A program made the position numbers and the translations under genes. From a virus (taxonomy: Duplodnaviria; Caudoviricetes), in the IMG/VR virus record IMGVR_UViG_3300025418_000002, positions 1 through 57,458 of that record: a stretch of DNA of 57,458 nt; one strand, given 5' to 3'. Below, one piece after another: positions 16,344-25,243 of this stretch (positions are counted from its first letter, which is position 1; the number at the start of each line of letters is the position of its first letter). The notes under the pieces are model-generated. The model searched no databases and was not told where the DNA came from. It saw only the letters and a list, made by a program, of their open reading frames with translations.

Positions 16344-18533
16344 TCACAACCCCTTTGCAACCTTCAATCCCGTGGATGTCGTCTTCGTATTTACTCGGTA
16401 GCCTTCCACAACAATCACATCATTCCACAGCCACTGGCGAATCAGTTTCTCAGCCTGATCCACAGACACGCCAAACTTTGCCGACAGCTTGTCAGCAGCA
16501 TACCGTTCCGTCTTCCTGGAGTTCTTATTAGACGACCAAGGGTAGCCCCCGTCCCACGCCTCACCAATAGACGCAACCATTCTACGGCACTGATCCATGT
16601 CAGGTTCAGCCTTGGTTTGTTGCTTACCACCAAACCCCTGATCCTTAGATGGCGTTTCCTGAGCCTGGGGAGCCTCCAGATTGAGTTTCTCAACAAAGAG
16701 GGAGGTATGGTGGTCTATTGTGTTTAGCTCAACCAGTGAGACGCTAAACTCATCCTGCCAGCCATCAATTGCCGCCTTAATCTTCCTGGCTGTGATTGTC
16801 CCAGCCATGGCCCCATTCTCTCTCTCGACATGCAGAAGGAAGTCTGCGGCGCCGTCGAAGACTGTGGACCCACGTAGGGTTGTGCCGCCATTTCTGTTCA
16901 TGTGGTGGACGCCAATTGTAGCAACGCCAAAGGTTTGCTTGAGGGCATCACAGGCATTGATGAACAGCGTCATGTCCTTTTGTAGATTCTCATCTGCCCC
17001 CGGTAGGACTCGGCTTACCGTGTCAACAAAGATAGCAGCCGGCGTAGCCCCCAACCTCTCAGACTGAACCCTGATAGTCTTAATCAGCTTGGAGACACAG
17101 TTCACATCCATGAAGTTCATGGACTGCTGAATCAGAATGAAGGGGATGTCACTGGCATCAATTCCCTTCTTTTCAGCCCAGGCGCGAATACGGAACTTCA
17201 TGTCACTCACACCCTCAGAGCTGATGTAAATAACAGGGCCAGACTTGTGTATCTTCCTACCCCACCATTCGGGTAGTTTAGATGCTATACTCAATCCCAT
17301 CCCTATTGTGATAAAAGACTTGAGGCATCCAGGCACCCCATAGACGAAGCCAAGACCACTCTCAATGACCAATCCATCAATCAGAAATTTTGGGTCGGGA
17401 AGATTGTAAATATCCAAAACGCTTAAGCATTCAAAAATATCAGCGTCTTTCTGGACATGAGAATTATTAATATCCAGATCCGCAACCTTAATTATTTCAT
17501 CTATCCGACTTGCTGCTGTAAAATCACTCACTGGCGCCGGATAAGAATTAACGGGCTTCGGGGTCTTGGCATATTCACTAACTTTCCCATCCCACTGACG
17601 CTTTGCCTTTTCCCACTTAATATTAAAGGCGCTTCTCCCCCTGCCCTCCTGCTCAAGCAACTCCTCTTTTGAAAGGTTAGGGTTGCTCAGTCTTGGGTGT
17701 GTCTTACGCAGATAAGTGGAAAAAAGTTCGTCCCGCTGAATTATCTCAGTATTTCTATCAAGACCCATAGGTCCTTCACGGTAGAGGTCAACCATGCGGG
17801 CCCAGACAAGCCGCATCATGTAATCTTCACGACCATCCAGCAATTCGCCGTAAGGGGTCTCTTGGTGTAACGGGGTGGGGGTTCTTAAACCAAACTGATT
17901 TACATGCCCACTTCCGCCACCATATCTGGCAACCGTCTCATCAATGAAGTTACAGAGCCAAATAGGGGCGACAGCAACCTCAATGGTCCAAGGTTCACAG
18001 CCCTCATCCCAGGAATAACCATTCCCACTGGAATGTTCTGAGGGGGGAAGCATAGCAAAGCCGCCAACACCCCTAATGTCCACTCCTATAGAAGTCTTAT
18101 TGGTTGGTGGGCGCCATCCCTCCGGCGCTAAATAAAGTCTTTGCTTCCCACCACCACCTGTTGTTTGCACAACAGTATCCAACTCCCCGGCGTGTTCTTG
18201 CATATCTTCACAAGACGCCCACCAGATAGCTGCGTCTGAGTGGGAATAAAAATCCAGATCAACGCTAAACAAACAAGGAGAGCCAACACCAGTGATAACT
18301 CCCAGGTTCTTAACCTTAGAGTATTGGCCATTATCACCAAACCACTTCTCAAACGTCCCGTCATCAACTAGCTCTTTAGTATATTCCCGCCACTCATTGA
18401 GGGCTGGACGCTTGAAATTCTTTTGCTGCTTTGGATGATACGCTGGAACAACCTGCCAGCCAAGAGCTCTATAATATTTTGCATGGTCAATTGGGCCCGC
18501 AAAGCTGTCATCAAAATCAGGAAGGTCTGTCAT
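16344..18533 (-). CDS. Bifunctional primase-polymerase fused to a RepA/AAA_25-type helicase
   Basis: NLGVITG...VDLD, TGGGGKQ, GVDIRGVGGFAMLPPS.H.SG..Y.W (Prim-Pol); YGVPGCLKS, FVDTVSR, VHH, LRGS (helicase). Confidence 0.9.
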   Translation of the reverse strand: MTDLPDFDDSFAGPIDHAKYYRALGWQVVPAYHPKQQKNFKRPALNEWREYTKELVDDGTFEKWFGDNGQYSKVKNLGVITGVGSPCLFSVDLDFYSHSDAAIWWASCEDMQEHAGELDTVVQTTGGGGKQRLYLAPEGWRPPTNKTSIGVDIRGVGGFAMLPPSEHSSGNGYSWDEGCEPWTIEVAVAPIWLCNFIDETVARYGGGSGHVNQFGLRTPTPLHQETPYGELLDGREDYMMRLVWARMVDLYREGPMGLDRNTEIIQRDELFSTYLRKTHPRLSNPNLSKEELLEQEGRGRSAFNIKWEKAKRQWDGKVSEYAKTPKPVNSYPAPVSDFTAASRIDEIIKVADLDINNSHVQKDADIFECLSVLDIYNLPDPKFLIDGLVIESGLGFVYGVPGCLKSFITIGMGLSIASKLPEWWGRKIHKSGPVIYISSEGVSDMKFRIRAWAEKKGIDASDIPFILIQQSMNFMDVNCVSKLIKTIRVQSERLGATPAAIFVDTVSRVLPGADENLQKDMTLFINACDALKQTFGVATIGVHHMNRNGGTTLRGSTVFDGAADFLLHVERENGAMAGTITARKIKAAIDGWQDEFSVSLVELNTIDHHTSLFVEKLNLEAPQAQETPSKDQGFGGKQQTKAEPDMDQCRRMVASIGEAWDGGYPWSSNKNSRKTERYAADKLSAKFGVSVDQAEKLIRQWLWNDVIVVEGYRVNTKTTSTGLKVAKGL

Positions 18534-18632
18534 ATCTATATCTTGCGTTGCAGGCGCAAACAGACACACTATATTGCAATATCTATTTTGACATGCTACT
18601 TATGTGTTGTTTGGGACCTTGGTGAATAACTT

Positions 18633-18666
18633 AACGGCGTAGTCTTGCAGGACAGCGCCGTTTTTT
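18633..18666. promoter_or_regulatory. Extended hairpin between the resolvase and primase genes
   Basis: AACGGCG..GTCTTGCAGGAC..CGCCGTT-TTTT. Confidence 0.45.
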
Positions 18667-19129
18667 ATATTTTTATACTTACTTGAGAACCATAAAGGGC
18701 AAGCAATGCGGCCTCAGCCCGACCATCATCTTTCTTCCTATTGAAATGCTCGGACTCAGGCCACAGCATAATTGCTAATCTGCGAGATAAATCCTTATCT
18801 TTTGTAAGATTAAAATGCTTTTTCCATTTTGTCGGCGCAACAAGGTGAGTTGGGACGCCGCATGCCGCTATAACACCACGAACCATGCCAAAACTACACC
18901 CAAAATTAAATGAACTACTAACGCCTTGGCCTGGGAAAGAATGAACCGCCTCAACAATTGCAACGTCAGGCTGATATTGCTTAATAAGAGCAGTCAATTC
19001 CGGGCAATTAATTTCCTTGCCAATTGACGGCGCATCATAAACAGAAACAACTTTAGGATGATTTGGCCAGAAAAAAGCAATTGCCCCGGAAACTCCGGGG
19101 TCAACTCCCATTATACATTTGTCAGGCAT
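18665..19129 (-). CDS. RuvC-like Holliday junction resolvase
   Basis: GVDPGVSGAIA, IVEAV, QGVSSSFNFG, V.PTKWKK, DGRAEAALLA. Confidence 0.88.
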   Translation of the reverse strand: MPDKCIMGVDPGVSGAIAFFWPNHPKVVSVYDAPSIGKEINCPELTALIKQYQPDVAIVEAVHSFPGQGVSSSFNFGCSFGMVRGVIAACGVPTHLVAPTKWKKHFNLTKDKDLSRRLAIMLWPESEHFNRKKDDGRAEAALLALYGSQVSIKI

Positions 19130-19592
19130 TGTATTTTTCTTCTTCCCTGTCTTCTATTTGTATAAGAGAGGATTCAATTTCAGCCGAAATTCTATAAATT
19201 GACTTTCTTAAGGAAAGAAGGTTCTGCTTTCCTTCCGAGTTAAGTCTACGAGTCTGAAAGAAAATGTAATTCATCAACTCTGGTTCAATTTCAACCCGCC
19301 ACTGGGCTGCATCAGCATCATCAGGGCCAAACGGTAGACAAAATGCAGCCTCAATATTTTTGCTAGGCTTTTTGGAAAAAGTCATAAACGCAAAATTTTC
19401 CAATGCATATGTTATAGCTTCAGCCGCAGCTACTTTTATAAGATGCTCAAAATCATCATCTCTAAATCTTAGTTCATCAATTATTTTCTCTATCTTATCA
19501 GATACTTTTTCAACTTTCTTTTCAATTATATCTGATGATTTTGGTAGGCTCCAACCCCGTAAGTCAGCTGGTTTGATAACTTTCTTTGCCAT
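19122..19592 (-). CDS. Hypothetical protein
   Basis: GGAG RBS before MAKKVIK; first gene of the leftward replication operon. Confidence 0.7.
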   Translation of the reverse strand: MAKKVIKPADLRGWSLPKSSDIIEKKVEKVSDKIEKIIDELRFRDDDFEHLIKVAAAEAITYALENFAFMTFSKKPSKNIEAAFCLPFGPDDADAAQWRVEIEPELMNYIFFQTRRLNSEGKQNLLSLRKSIYRISAEIESSLIQIEDREEEKYNA

Positions 19593-19661
19593 GTCAAACT
19601 CCATATAAATTAGACGCAAACCTTCCCCCTAAATTAAAAAAAATTCAAGTTAAATTTTTGC

Positions 19662-19690
19662 TTGACGCTAAAATTACATTCCAATAGGTT
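19662..19690 (+). promoter_or_regulatory. Sigma70-type promoter for the recombination operon
   Basis: TTGACG-N17-TAGGTT in a divergent AT-rich gap. Confidence 0.55.
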
Positions 19691-19717
19691 GTGATTCTCT
19701 ATTGATATTGAGGTTAA

Positions 19718-20470
19718 ATGACAAACCCATTTGAAGTTCACGGAATTAAACACCTGTCGCCATCAAGCTGTAATTTGTTTGCCGGCAGCCCCGCCATGTT
19801 TGTTCTTGAAAAGTGTTTGAAACGCAAGGGACAAGTTGGCGCCGCAGCTTTCCGTGGAAATGCTGTTGAGAGTGGTATTGTCTTAGGCCTAACAACAGGA
19901 GCAAATGAGAGTGCTTGCGTTGAAATGGCAAAAGAAGAATTTTGGCGCCTCTCGGCGCTATCATCTGACCCAAGACGGGAAAAGGAAGAAGCCGCAGTTG
20001 CGGATATGGTCAAAATTGGCCTTAAGGAACTTATGCCTTATGGCCCACCTTCCTCTGTTCAAGGAAAAATTGACTATAAGGTGGAAGGTCTCCAAGTCCC
20101 GCTCGTCGGTTATTATGATATTGAATGGCAAAATCACAAAATTTTGTTAGACATTAAAACAACTCACGCACTTCCATCAGCAATTAAATTAAATCATGCC
20201 CGCCAAGTTGCGCTTTACATTAAAGCAACAGGTGGTGATATGGAGCCCCGTCTTACTTACATAACCAGCAAGAAATGTTCGACATATAAGTTAGAGAATG
20301 TTGATGAACATATTAAAGCTGTTGAGAAGATTGCACTTACAATTCAGCGGTTTTTATCAATAAGCACAGATCCAATGGAATTGGCTATGATGACAATTCC
20401 AGACATTGATACGTTTTATTTTAGTGACCCTGGAACTCGCCAAGCTGCGTTTGAGATTTGGGGACTATAA
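19718..20470 (+). CDS. PD-(D/E)XK (RecB/Cas4-like) exonuclease
   Basis: HLSPSS, RGNAVE, GYYD...LDIKTT, RQVALY. Confidence 0.85.
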   Translation: MTNPFEVHGIKHLSPSSCNLFAGSPAMFVLEKCLKRKGQVGAAAFRGNAVESGIVLGLTTGANESACVEMAKEEFWRLSALSSDPRREKEEAAVADMVKIGLKELMPYGPPSSVQGKIDYKVEGLQVPLVGYYDIEWQNHKILLDIKTTHALPSAIKLNHARQVALYIKATGGDMEPRLTYITSKKCSTYKLENVDEHIKAVEKIALTIQRFLSISTDPMELAMMTIPDIDTFYFSDPGTRQAAFEIWGL

Positions 20471-20535
20471 CAAGGGCTTCGCCCATGTGGGCAAGAGCAA
20501 GCGGTTGGCTAGATAGCCGCATTAGGAGAACTGTG

Positions 20536-21186
20536 ATGGCTTTTGGTGGATTTTTTGACAATGTAGGTGGCGGCGTAGACTTCCTCCCTATTGTTAAGTA
20601 TGACGCACGTTCAGGACGTATCTCACGCCGTGACCGGGAAAATGGTGAAACCAACGAAGTTGATGTAACCAAAAGTTTCAAGGCAATCTTTGACTTTGAG
20701 AATGTTGAGATTGGTTGGATTAATTTTGCCACAGGATCTGCTCCTGACTTCAAGATGTCTCGCTACTACGGCGGAAAGCTTATTGAAAAGCCAGGTGATG
20801 ACTATAAGCGAGGTGTGCGCCTTGTTGTAAAGTTGGCAAAGGAATGTGGTGGTGATGTCCGCGAGATGGCGTCAAATGCTGCGGCTTTCCTTGAAGGTAT
20901 TAAAAAGCTGCACGACCTATACGAGTCAACTAAAGATAGTAATGCTGGAAAGTTGCCAGTTGTTGTTTTCAAAGACTCGTATGCTAAGACTTCTGGAGAA
21001 GGGGCCAGGAAGTCCACGAATTACGTGCCGGAATTCGAGATAACTGGTTGGGTAAAGCGTCCAGATGATCTTGTTTATAAGGCACGTAATTCGGAGGATT
21101 CTTCTGCTCCTAATAACGCATCTCCACCTGCTACTGGCTCAACAAAGGTTGCTGCTCCAGCCGTTGATGAAGATGATTTTGGATGA
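20536..21186 (+). CDS. Probable single-stranded DNA-binding protein
   Basis: AGGAG RBS; IVKYDARSGR, GWINF, YVPEFEITGWVKRP, acidic tail DEDDFG; follows the exonuclease. Confidence 0.65.
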   Translation: MAFGGFFDNVGGGVDFLPIVKYDARSGRISRRDRENGETNEVDVTKSFKAIFDFENVEIGWINFATGSAPDFKMSRYYGGKLIEKPGDDYKRGVRLVVKLAKECGGDVREMASNAAAFLEGIKKLHDLYESTKDSNAGKLPVVVFKDSYAKTSGEGARKSTNYVPEFEITGWVKRPDDLVYKARNSEDSSAPNNASPPATGSTKVAAPAVDEDDFG

Positions 21187-21291
21187 TTATACATTAGGAA
21201 TTAGTCTACGAGTATTACCGTAGATTAATACGGGGTGTGGCGCTTACAATGCAAAGCCGGCGTCACACCTCTAAATACACAAGGATAAGCA

Positions 21292-21540
21292 ATGAGGTTT
21301 CTTGTTACACTCAATATGCCAAGTTATTCAGGCCACCAAGTTCATCAAATGAATGTTGAACATGATTCAAACAGCCTGGATGAATTTATAGATACTTTAA
21401 TGAAGGAAGACTTCGTTATTGTTGAAGAGTTCTACAAGAGCCAGCACTCGGATGAATATTATAGCAGAGGTTTCGTAGCCCTTAATCACAGATACCTTGG
21501 AAAGATTAAGGTCTTTGGAGATAAGGTTAAGTCAGAATGA
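21292..21540 (+). CDS. Hypothetical protein
   Basis: AAGGA RBS; MRFLVTLNMPS. Confidence 0.7.
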   Translation: MRFLVTLNMPSYSGHQVHQMNVEHDSNSLDEFIDTLMKEDFVIVEEFYKSQHSDEYYSRGFVALNHRYLGKIKVFGDKVKSE

Positions 21541-21806
21541 ACCACATGGATGTTCTAGAGGCTGCAAAAAGCCTTCTCGGTCCGAGGGGTGAAGTCTACG
21601 GATCACCAAAAGATAACTTCAAACGTATTGCCGACATTGCAGCGGTAATACTTGGAAGGGAAGTGTCTGAGTATGAAGTTGCTGTTTTTCTTCTCAGCAC
21701 TAAATTGGGGCGGATTCCAAATGACCCGTCCTATAGAGACAGCTATGTAGATGGTATTAACTATTTGGCCTTTATGGCTGAATTTTCTGATGGAGTATTG
21801 AAATGA
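21537..21806 (+). CDS. DUF6378-like protein
   Basis: RGEVYGSP..NFKRIA...KLGR...DSYVDGINYLA. Confidence 0.8.
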   Translation: MNHMDVLEAAKSLLGPRGEVYGSPKDNFKRIADIAAVILGREVSEYEVAVFLLSTKLGRIPNDPSYRDSYVDGINYLAFMAEFSDGVLK

Positions 21807-22150
21807 CAATGACGGAATTAATTTCTTCTCAACAAGGGTTAACGGCAGAATATTTGACACACAGGCTGCGGGCTATTGCAACAAATGCAGTCCGGGAGTC
21901 CAGACTTGCCCATGGCCGTGACGGAAATCCTTGGATTGATGATGATGCACGTAGGCTAGAACTTATTTTTGAGATTTTACATATTGCAAAAACTCAGGAA
22001 ATAGACAGCGAGTCGGAAAGCTATCCACTTGTGGCGCCACAACAGGCGCAGCCTGATAAAGTATTAGATGAAGTTGAGCATGCTATTTATAAAGCGAAAG
22101 CTCCACGTATTAAAAATTCCGTAGAAGCAAAGATTGAAAACCTTGACTGA
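21803..22150 (+). CDS. Hypothetical protein
   Basis: ATGA-coupled; followed by a terminator. Confidence 0.65.
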   Translation: MTMTELISSQQGLTAEYLTHRLRAIATNAVRESRLAHGRDGNPWIDDDARRLELIFEILHIAKTQEIDSESESYPLVAPQQAQPDKVLDEVEHAIYKAKAPRIKNSVEAKIENLD

Positions 22151-22157
22151 TAGGAGG

Positions 22158-22184
22158 TGGGAGGGTTAAAGCCCTCCCATTTTT
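22158..22184 (+). terminator. Intrinsic terminator
   Basis: TGGGAGGG-N6-CCCTCCCA-TTTTT. Confidence 0.8.
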
Positions 22185-22187
22185 AAT

Positions 22188-22511
22188 ATGCGGGAACAAA
22201 GATTTTGCGTCCAAAACAGAGACAAAACAATTAAACAGATAATTGAAGAAGAGGCGTCTGCTGGTGATGTTTTTTACACAGAAATTACTGGTAATTGCAG
22301 AAATATAAAAGTCACGAAAGCACGTTGGCGCGCAATGTATAGGGCTAGAAAAGAACTTGGAGCTCCTTACACAATGATTGGTAAAATATTCAACAAAGAC
22401 CACACCACAGTTATCAATGCAGTAAAAAAGATTCAAATGCATAACCCTGATGGCAATTTAAAAGTTATACCCTGTTATTCAGTATCAACGAAAAACGAAA
22501 ATTATGTCTGA
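22188..22511 (+). CDS. Stand-alone DnaA C-terminal (domain IV) DNA-binding protein
   Basis: ARWRAMYRAR...YTMIGKIFNKDHTTVINAVKKI matches the DnaA signature IG..F.RDHTTV..A..KI. Confidence 0.85.
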   Translation: MREQRFCVQNRDKTIKQIIEEEASAGDVFYTEITGNCRNIKVTKARWRAMYRARKELGAPYTMIGKIFNKDHTTVINAVKKIQMHNPDGNLKVIPCYSVSTKNENYV

Positions 22512-22716
22512 AGAAAAGATAGAACATTTTGCCTATGTCCCCCATTCAAGGCAACGCCAGTTTGAGTCTTTGGGGTGGGAGTATCACAATGACCTTGGCC
22601 CTCCTCATAGTTCATACGCCAGTTTGTTTATATGGATGGGAGAAGGTGAGCCGGTATATCCAACGGCTGACATACATATTTTGAAGCCAGTAAAACCAAG
22701 ATCAGAAGGGGAATAA
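22504..22716 (+). CDS. Hypothetical protein
   Basis: FAYVPH...GW...PHS.YA; operon packing. Confidence 0.7.
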   Translation: MSEEKIEHFAYVPHSRQRQFESLGWEYHNDLGPPHSSYASLFIWMGEGEPVYPTADIHILKPVKPRSEGE

Positions 22717-22717
22717 C

Positions 22718-23194
22718 GTGAGTCAATTATCAGCTCAATCCATACGCCGACTTTGCATGCGTTCGGAGCCAATGATTGACCCTTTTGAATCAGAAAGGAA
22801 AATTATTAATGGAAAGTCTTATGGCCTTTCGGCATCTAGTTATGATGTGCGTATTGCTCATAATCTTATGCTTAACTCTGGACAGAGTTCTTTGGCTCAC
22901 ACCGTCGAAAATTTCCGTATCCCGACAAATGTTGTCGGATATGTCGTTGACAAGTCAACATACGCGCGCCGTTTCATTACGGCCTTCAATACACTTCTGG
23001 ACCCAGGATGGGAAGGAAACCTTACCCTCGAACTTGTTAATCTTGGCGACAGATCAATCAATATTCATGCGGGGGACCCAATTGTCCAAATAGTATTTCA
23101 TTGGCTTGATGAACATACAGATAGACCATATGACGGAAAATATATGTATCAAACACCAGCAGCACATGGACCAAGATATGAGGGCTTGGAATGA
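22718..23194 (+). CDS. dcd: dCTP deaminase (trimeric dUTPase superfamily)
   Basis: SYGLSASSYDVR, KSTYAR, LDPGWEGNLTLEL, PYDGKYMYQ. Confidence 0.88.
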   Translation: MSQLSAQSIRRLCMRSEPMIDPFESERKIINGKSYGLSASSYDVRIAHNLMLNSGQSSLAHTVENFRIPTNVVGYVVDKSTYARRFITAFNTLLDPGWEGNLTLELVNLGDRSINIHAGDPIVQIVFHWLDEHTDRPYDGKYMYQTPAAHGPRYEGLE

Positions 23195-23389
23195 TAAAAA
23201 AATATGCTAAACTGTTTGATGGAGAAACGCCATGCAGAAACTATTCTCATGGGGAAGGTTAGAAGAAATTGCTAGCTTAATTTGCGGGGGCATCCTGCAA
23301 ATATCAATGGCTTTCACTTGTATGTTTCTGATAAAATTAGACCAAATAGAAGCCAAACGTATTGAAGTAAAAACCCGCCGCCATTTCTT

Positions 23390-23589
23390 CTAATATCTTT
23401 TTGGCTGGCACTTTACCTTAACATACTCACCTCAGTAGGTGCGACAACCGAGGAGGCTATAGTCATATGAGATGGCAAGCCACATACAATGCCCTGCTCT
23501 ATTTTAGCCTGATAGGCACGGGCTGTTTTCTCATTACAGTCATGTATAGATAGGTGTGAGGCGCAAACATAAACAACAATATAAAGCAT
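23390..23589 (-). pseudogene. Possibly frameshifted small secreted Cys protein
   Basis: MLYIVVYVCASHLSIHDC...CG...APTE ends after 59 aa. One extra G near 23430 would continue it as GEYVKVKCQPKRY. Confidence 0.35.
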
Positions 23590-23843
23590 TAGTTGTCGCT
23601 ATTGTTGGACGCCTTGCCACCTTGTATGGACGCTAACTCGCCTATTGGATTGGTTTTAAACGACCTTCTAACGGCTCCCAGCATCATTAATGCCTCTTTC
23701 TTTAGCTCCTCATCCTTTATGTGGCAACAAAGGGAAAGGAGCTTGGTAAAAGCAGAACACCTGGCAGCCACTGGGTCTAATTCGGCCTCTTCAATAATGT
23801 CTGGGCCGTCGTATAGTGCGTCCTCATCATCATCCCCAATCAT
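23589..23843 (-). CDS. Hypothetical protein with an acidic N-terminus
   Basis: GGAGG RBS. Confidence 0.65.
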   Translation of the reverse strand: MIGDDDEDALYDGPDIIEEAELDPVAARCSAFTKLLSLCCHIKDEELKKEALMMLGAVRRSFKTNPIGELASIQGGKASNNSDN

Positions 23844-23863
23844 GACAGCCTCCTTGGTTTGAT

Positions 23864-24517
23864 CTATAGTAACATACCCCTAGACCTCATAAAGTCCATT
23901 TGGTCATGGGATGCTTTTGATTTATTACAGGGTTCACATAAAAGTTGCAGGTTGCTAGGCCAGTTTGACCCCCCCTTGCTGAGGGCGACAATATGGTCAA
24001 GATGGTAGGGTGATTTTTTCAAACTAACCTTGCAGATGGCGCATTTCTTTTTTTGCATAGTATATATTCTATCAACATCTTCTTGGGTAAATGATCCTTC
24101 CGCCTCAGAAAGCCTAGCTCTCCTGGTTTGTTTGTAAATCTTCCTTTTTGATTTATTGCCGGATTCCCATAATTTTTGATATTCCTTTGCCGCTTCCTTA
24201 TTTTTATTTCTCCATTCACGGGACTTGCTTTTCTCTTTTTCATGATTGTTGTAATAATATTTTTTATAATTTTCTCTGTTTTTCTCTGGATTTGCACTTA
24301 CCCGTTTGAAATCAGATATTTTTTTACATTCAAGGCATTCCCTGTTTTTGGTTCTTCTTTGAGATATATGACCTTTTATGCATTCCCTAGCCTCAAAGAA
24401 TTTACTAAGACCATTTTTCTTTGCTTCCTCCCTGGTGACAATTTCCCCATCATAGGGCTTATACCTACTCTCAATATCTTTTAATTTTAGTGGGAGTTTT
24501 TTTCTTACGCCAACCAA
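23864..24517 (-). CDS. HNH homing endonuclease
   Basis: N-terminal C.KGH...R......C.EC zinc motif, basic linker, CAIC...YHLDHIVALSKGGSNWPSNLQLLCEPCNKSK. Start uncertain (TTG). Confidence 0.9.
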   Translation of the reverse strand: MVGVRKKLPLKLKDIESRYKPYDGEIVTREEAKKNGLSKFFEARECIKGHISQRRTKNRECLECKKISDFKRVSANPEKNRENYKKYYYNNHEKEKSKSREWRNKNKEAAKEYQKLWESGNKSKRKIYKQTRRARLSEAEGSFTQEDVDRIYTMQKKKCAICKVSLKKSPYHLDHIVALSKGGSNWPSNLQLLCEPCNKSKASHDQMDFMRSRGMLL

Positions 24518-24527
24518 AATCTTTCTC

Positions 24528-24555
24528 TTGACGGACAATTTCAGTTGTGTAGGGT
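24528..24555 (+). promoter_or_regulatory. Putative promoter for gcrA
   Basis: TTGACG-N16-TAGGGT, similar to the 19662 promoter. Confidence 0.4.
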
Positions 24556-24604
24556 TGCTATTGTATATGATGTATATATCAACTTCAATAAAGAACGGTG
24601 ACAA

Positions 24605-25024
24605 ATGATTGATATTGAAACAAAAAACAAAATAACAAAAATGTGGGAAGAAGGATTTACAGGAGGGGAGATTGCTTCACTTTTGAAAATAACAAGGAAT
24701 ACTGTGATGGGATTCCTTTACAGGGTGAAGAAAGGTGGAAGGGTATTTGAAAGAACACAAATTGAAAAGCCACCAGCTGAAAAAACAAAAAAAGTTGCAC
24801 TAAAAAAATATACAAACAAAGAAATAACATTTAGTTCAGAAGATGAAACAATGGAATTTAAGAATATAAGGCTGTTTGATTTAAGCCTTAACACTTGCCG
24901 TTACATTGTTTCAGAAATTGATGGAATTGATACTTTGTATTGCGGGAATGAAACAACAAAAAGACCTTATTGCCAGCACCACCACAGAATTTGCTACAAA
25001 AGAACGCCGTTAATAAAAGTATGA
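24605..25024 (+). CDS. gcrA: GcrA-family cell-cycle transcription regulator
   Basis: N-terminal W.EG.TG.EIA..L.ITRNTVMG.LYR HTH; C-terminal L.DL...TCRY.V......YCG.....PYC..H...Y zinc domain. Confidence 0.88.
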   Translation: MIDIETKNKITKMWEEGFTGGEIASLLKITRNTVMGFLYRVKKGGRVFERTQIEKPPAEKTKKVALKKYTNKEITFSSEDETMEFKNIRLFDLSLNTCRYIVSEIDGIDTLYCGNETTKRPYCQHHHRICYKRTPLIKV

Positions 25025-25209
25025 TGAATTAATATACTCATAAGCCAAGCGGCCAAGGCGGAAACTGTATAAAGTAATACCGCCTGCCGCGAAGCACTTG
25101 CAAATCATGATTAGTTTTTCCCTATCAAACGGATGCATCATTATAATTTCCTAATTTGAATAAGGACTCTAATTATAAATAGAAAAAAACATGCAGCAAA
25201 CAAAAAAGT

Positions 25210-25240
25210 GAAGTGGGAAACATTCCCCACTTCTTTATTT
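25210..25240. terminator. Terminator at the convergence of the early/middle and late arms
   Basis: GAAGTGGG-N8-CCCACTTC with T-rich and A-rich flanks. Confidence 0.65.
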
Positions 25241-25243
25241 TTA

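Noticed and set aside
19634-19653. CtrA box (TTAA-N7-TTAA) in the divergent promoter gap
   Set aside because: Only an imperfect TTAA-N7-TCAA in a poly-A context.
19718-20470. Cas4 / CRISPR adaptation gene
   Set aside because: It lacks the four-Cys Fe-S pattern and any CRISPR context; it is an ordinary phage exonuclease next to an SSB.
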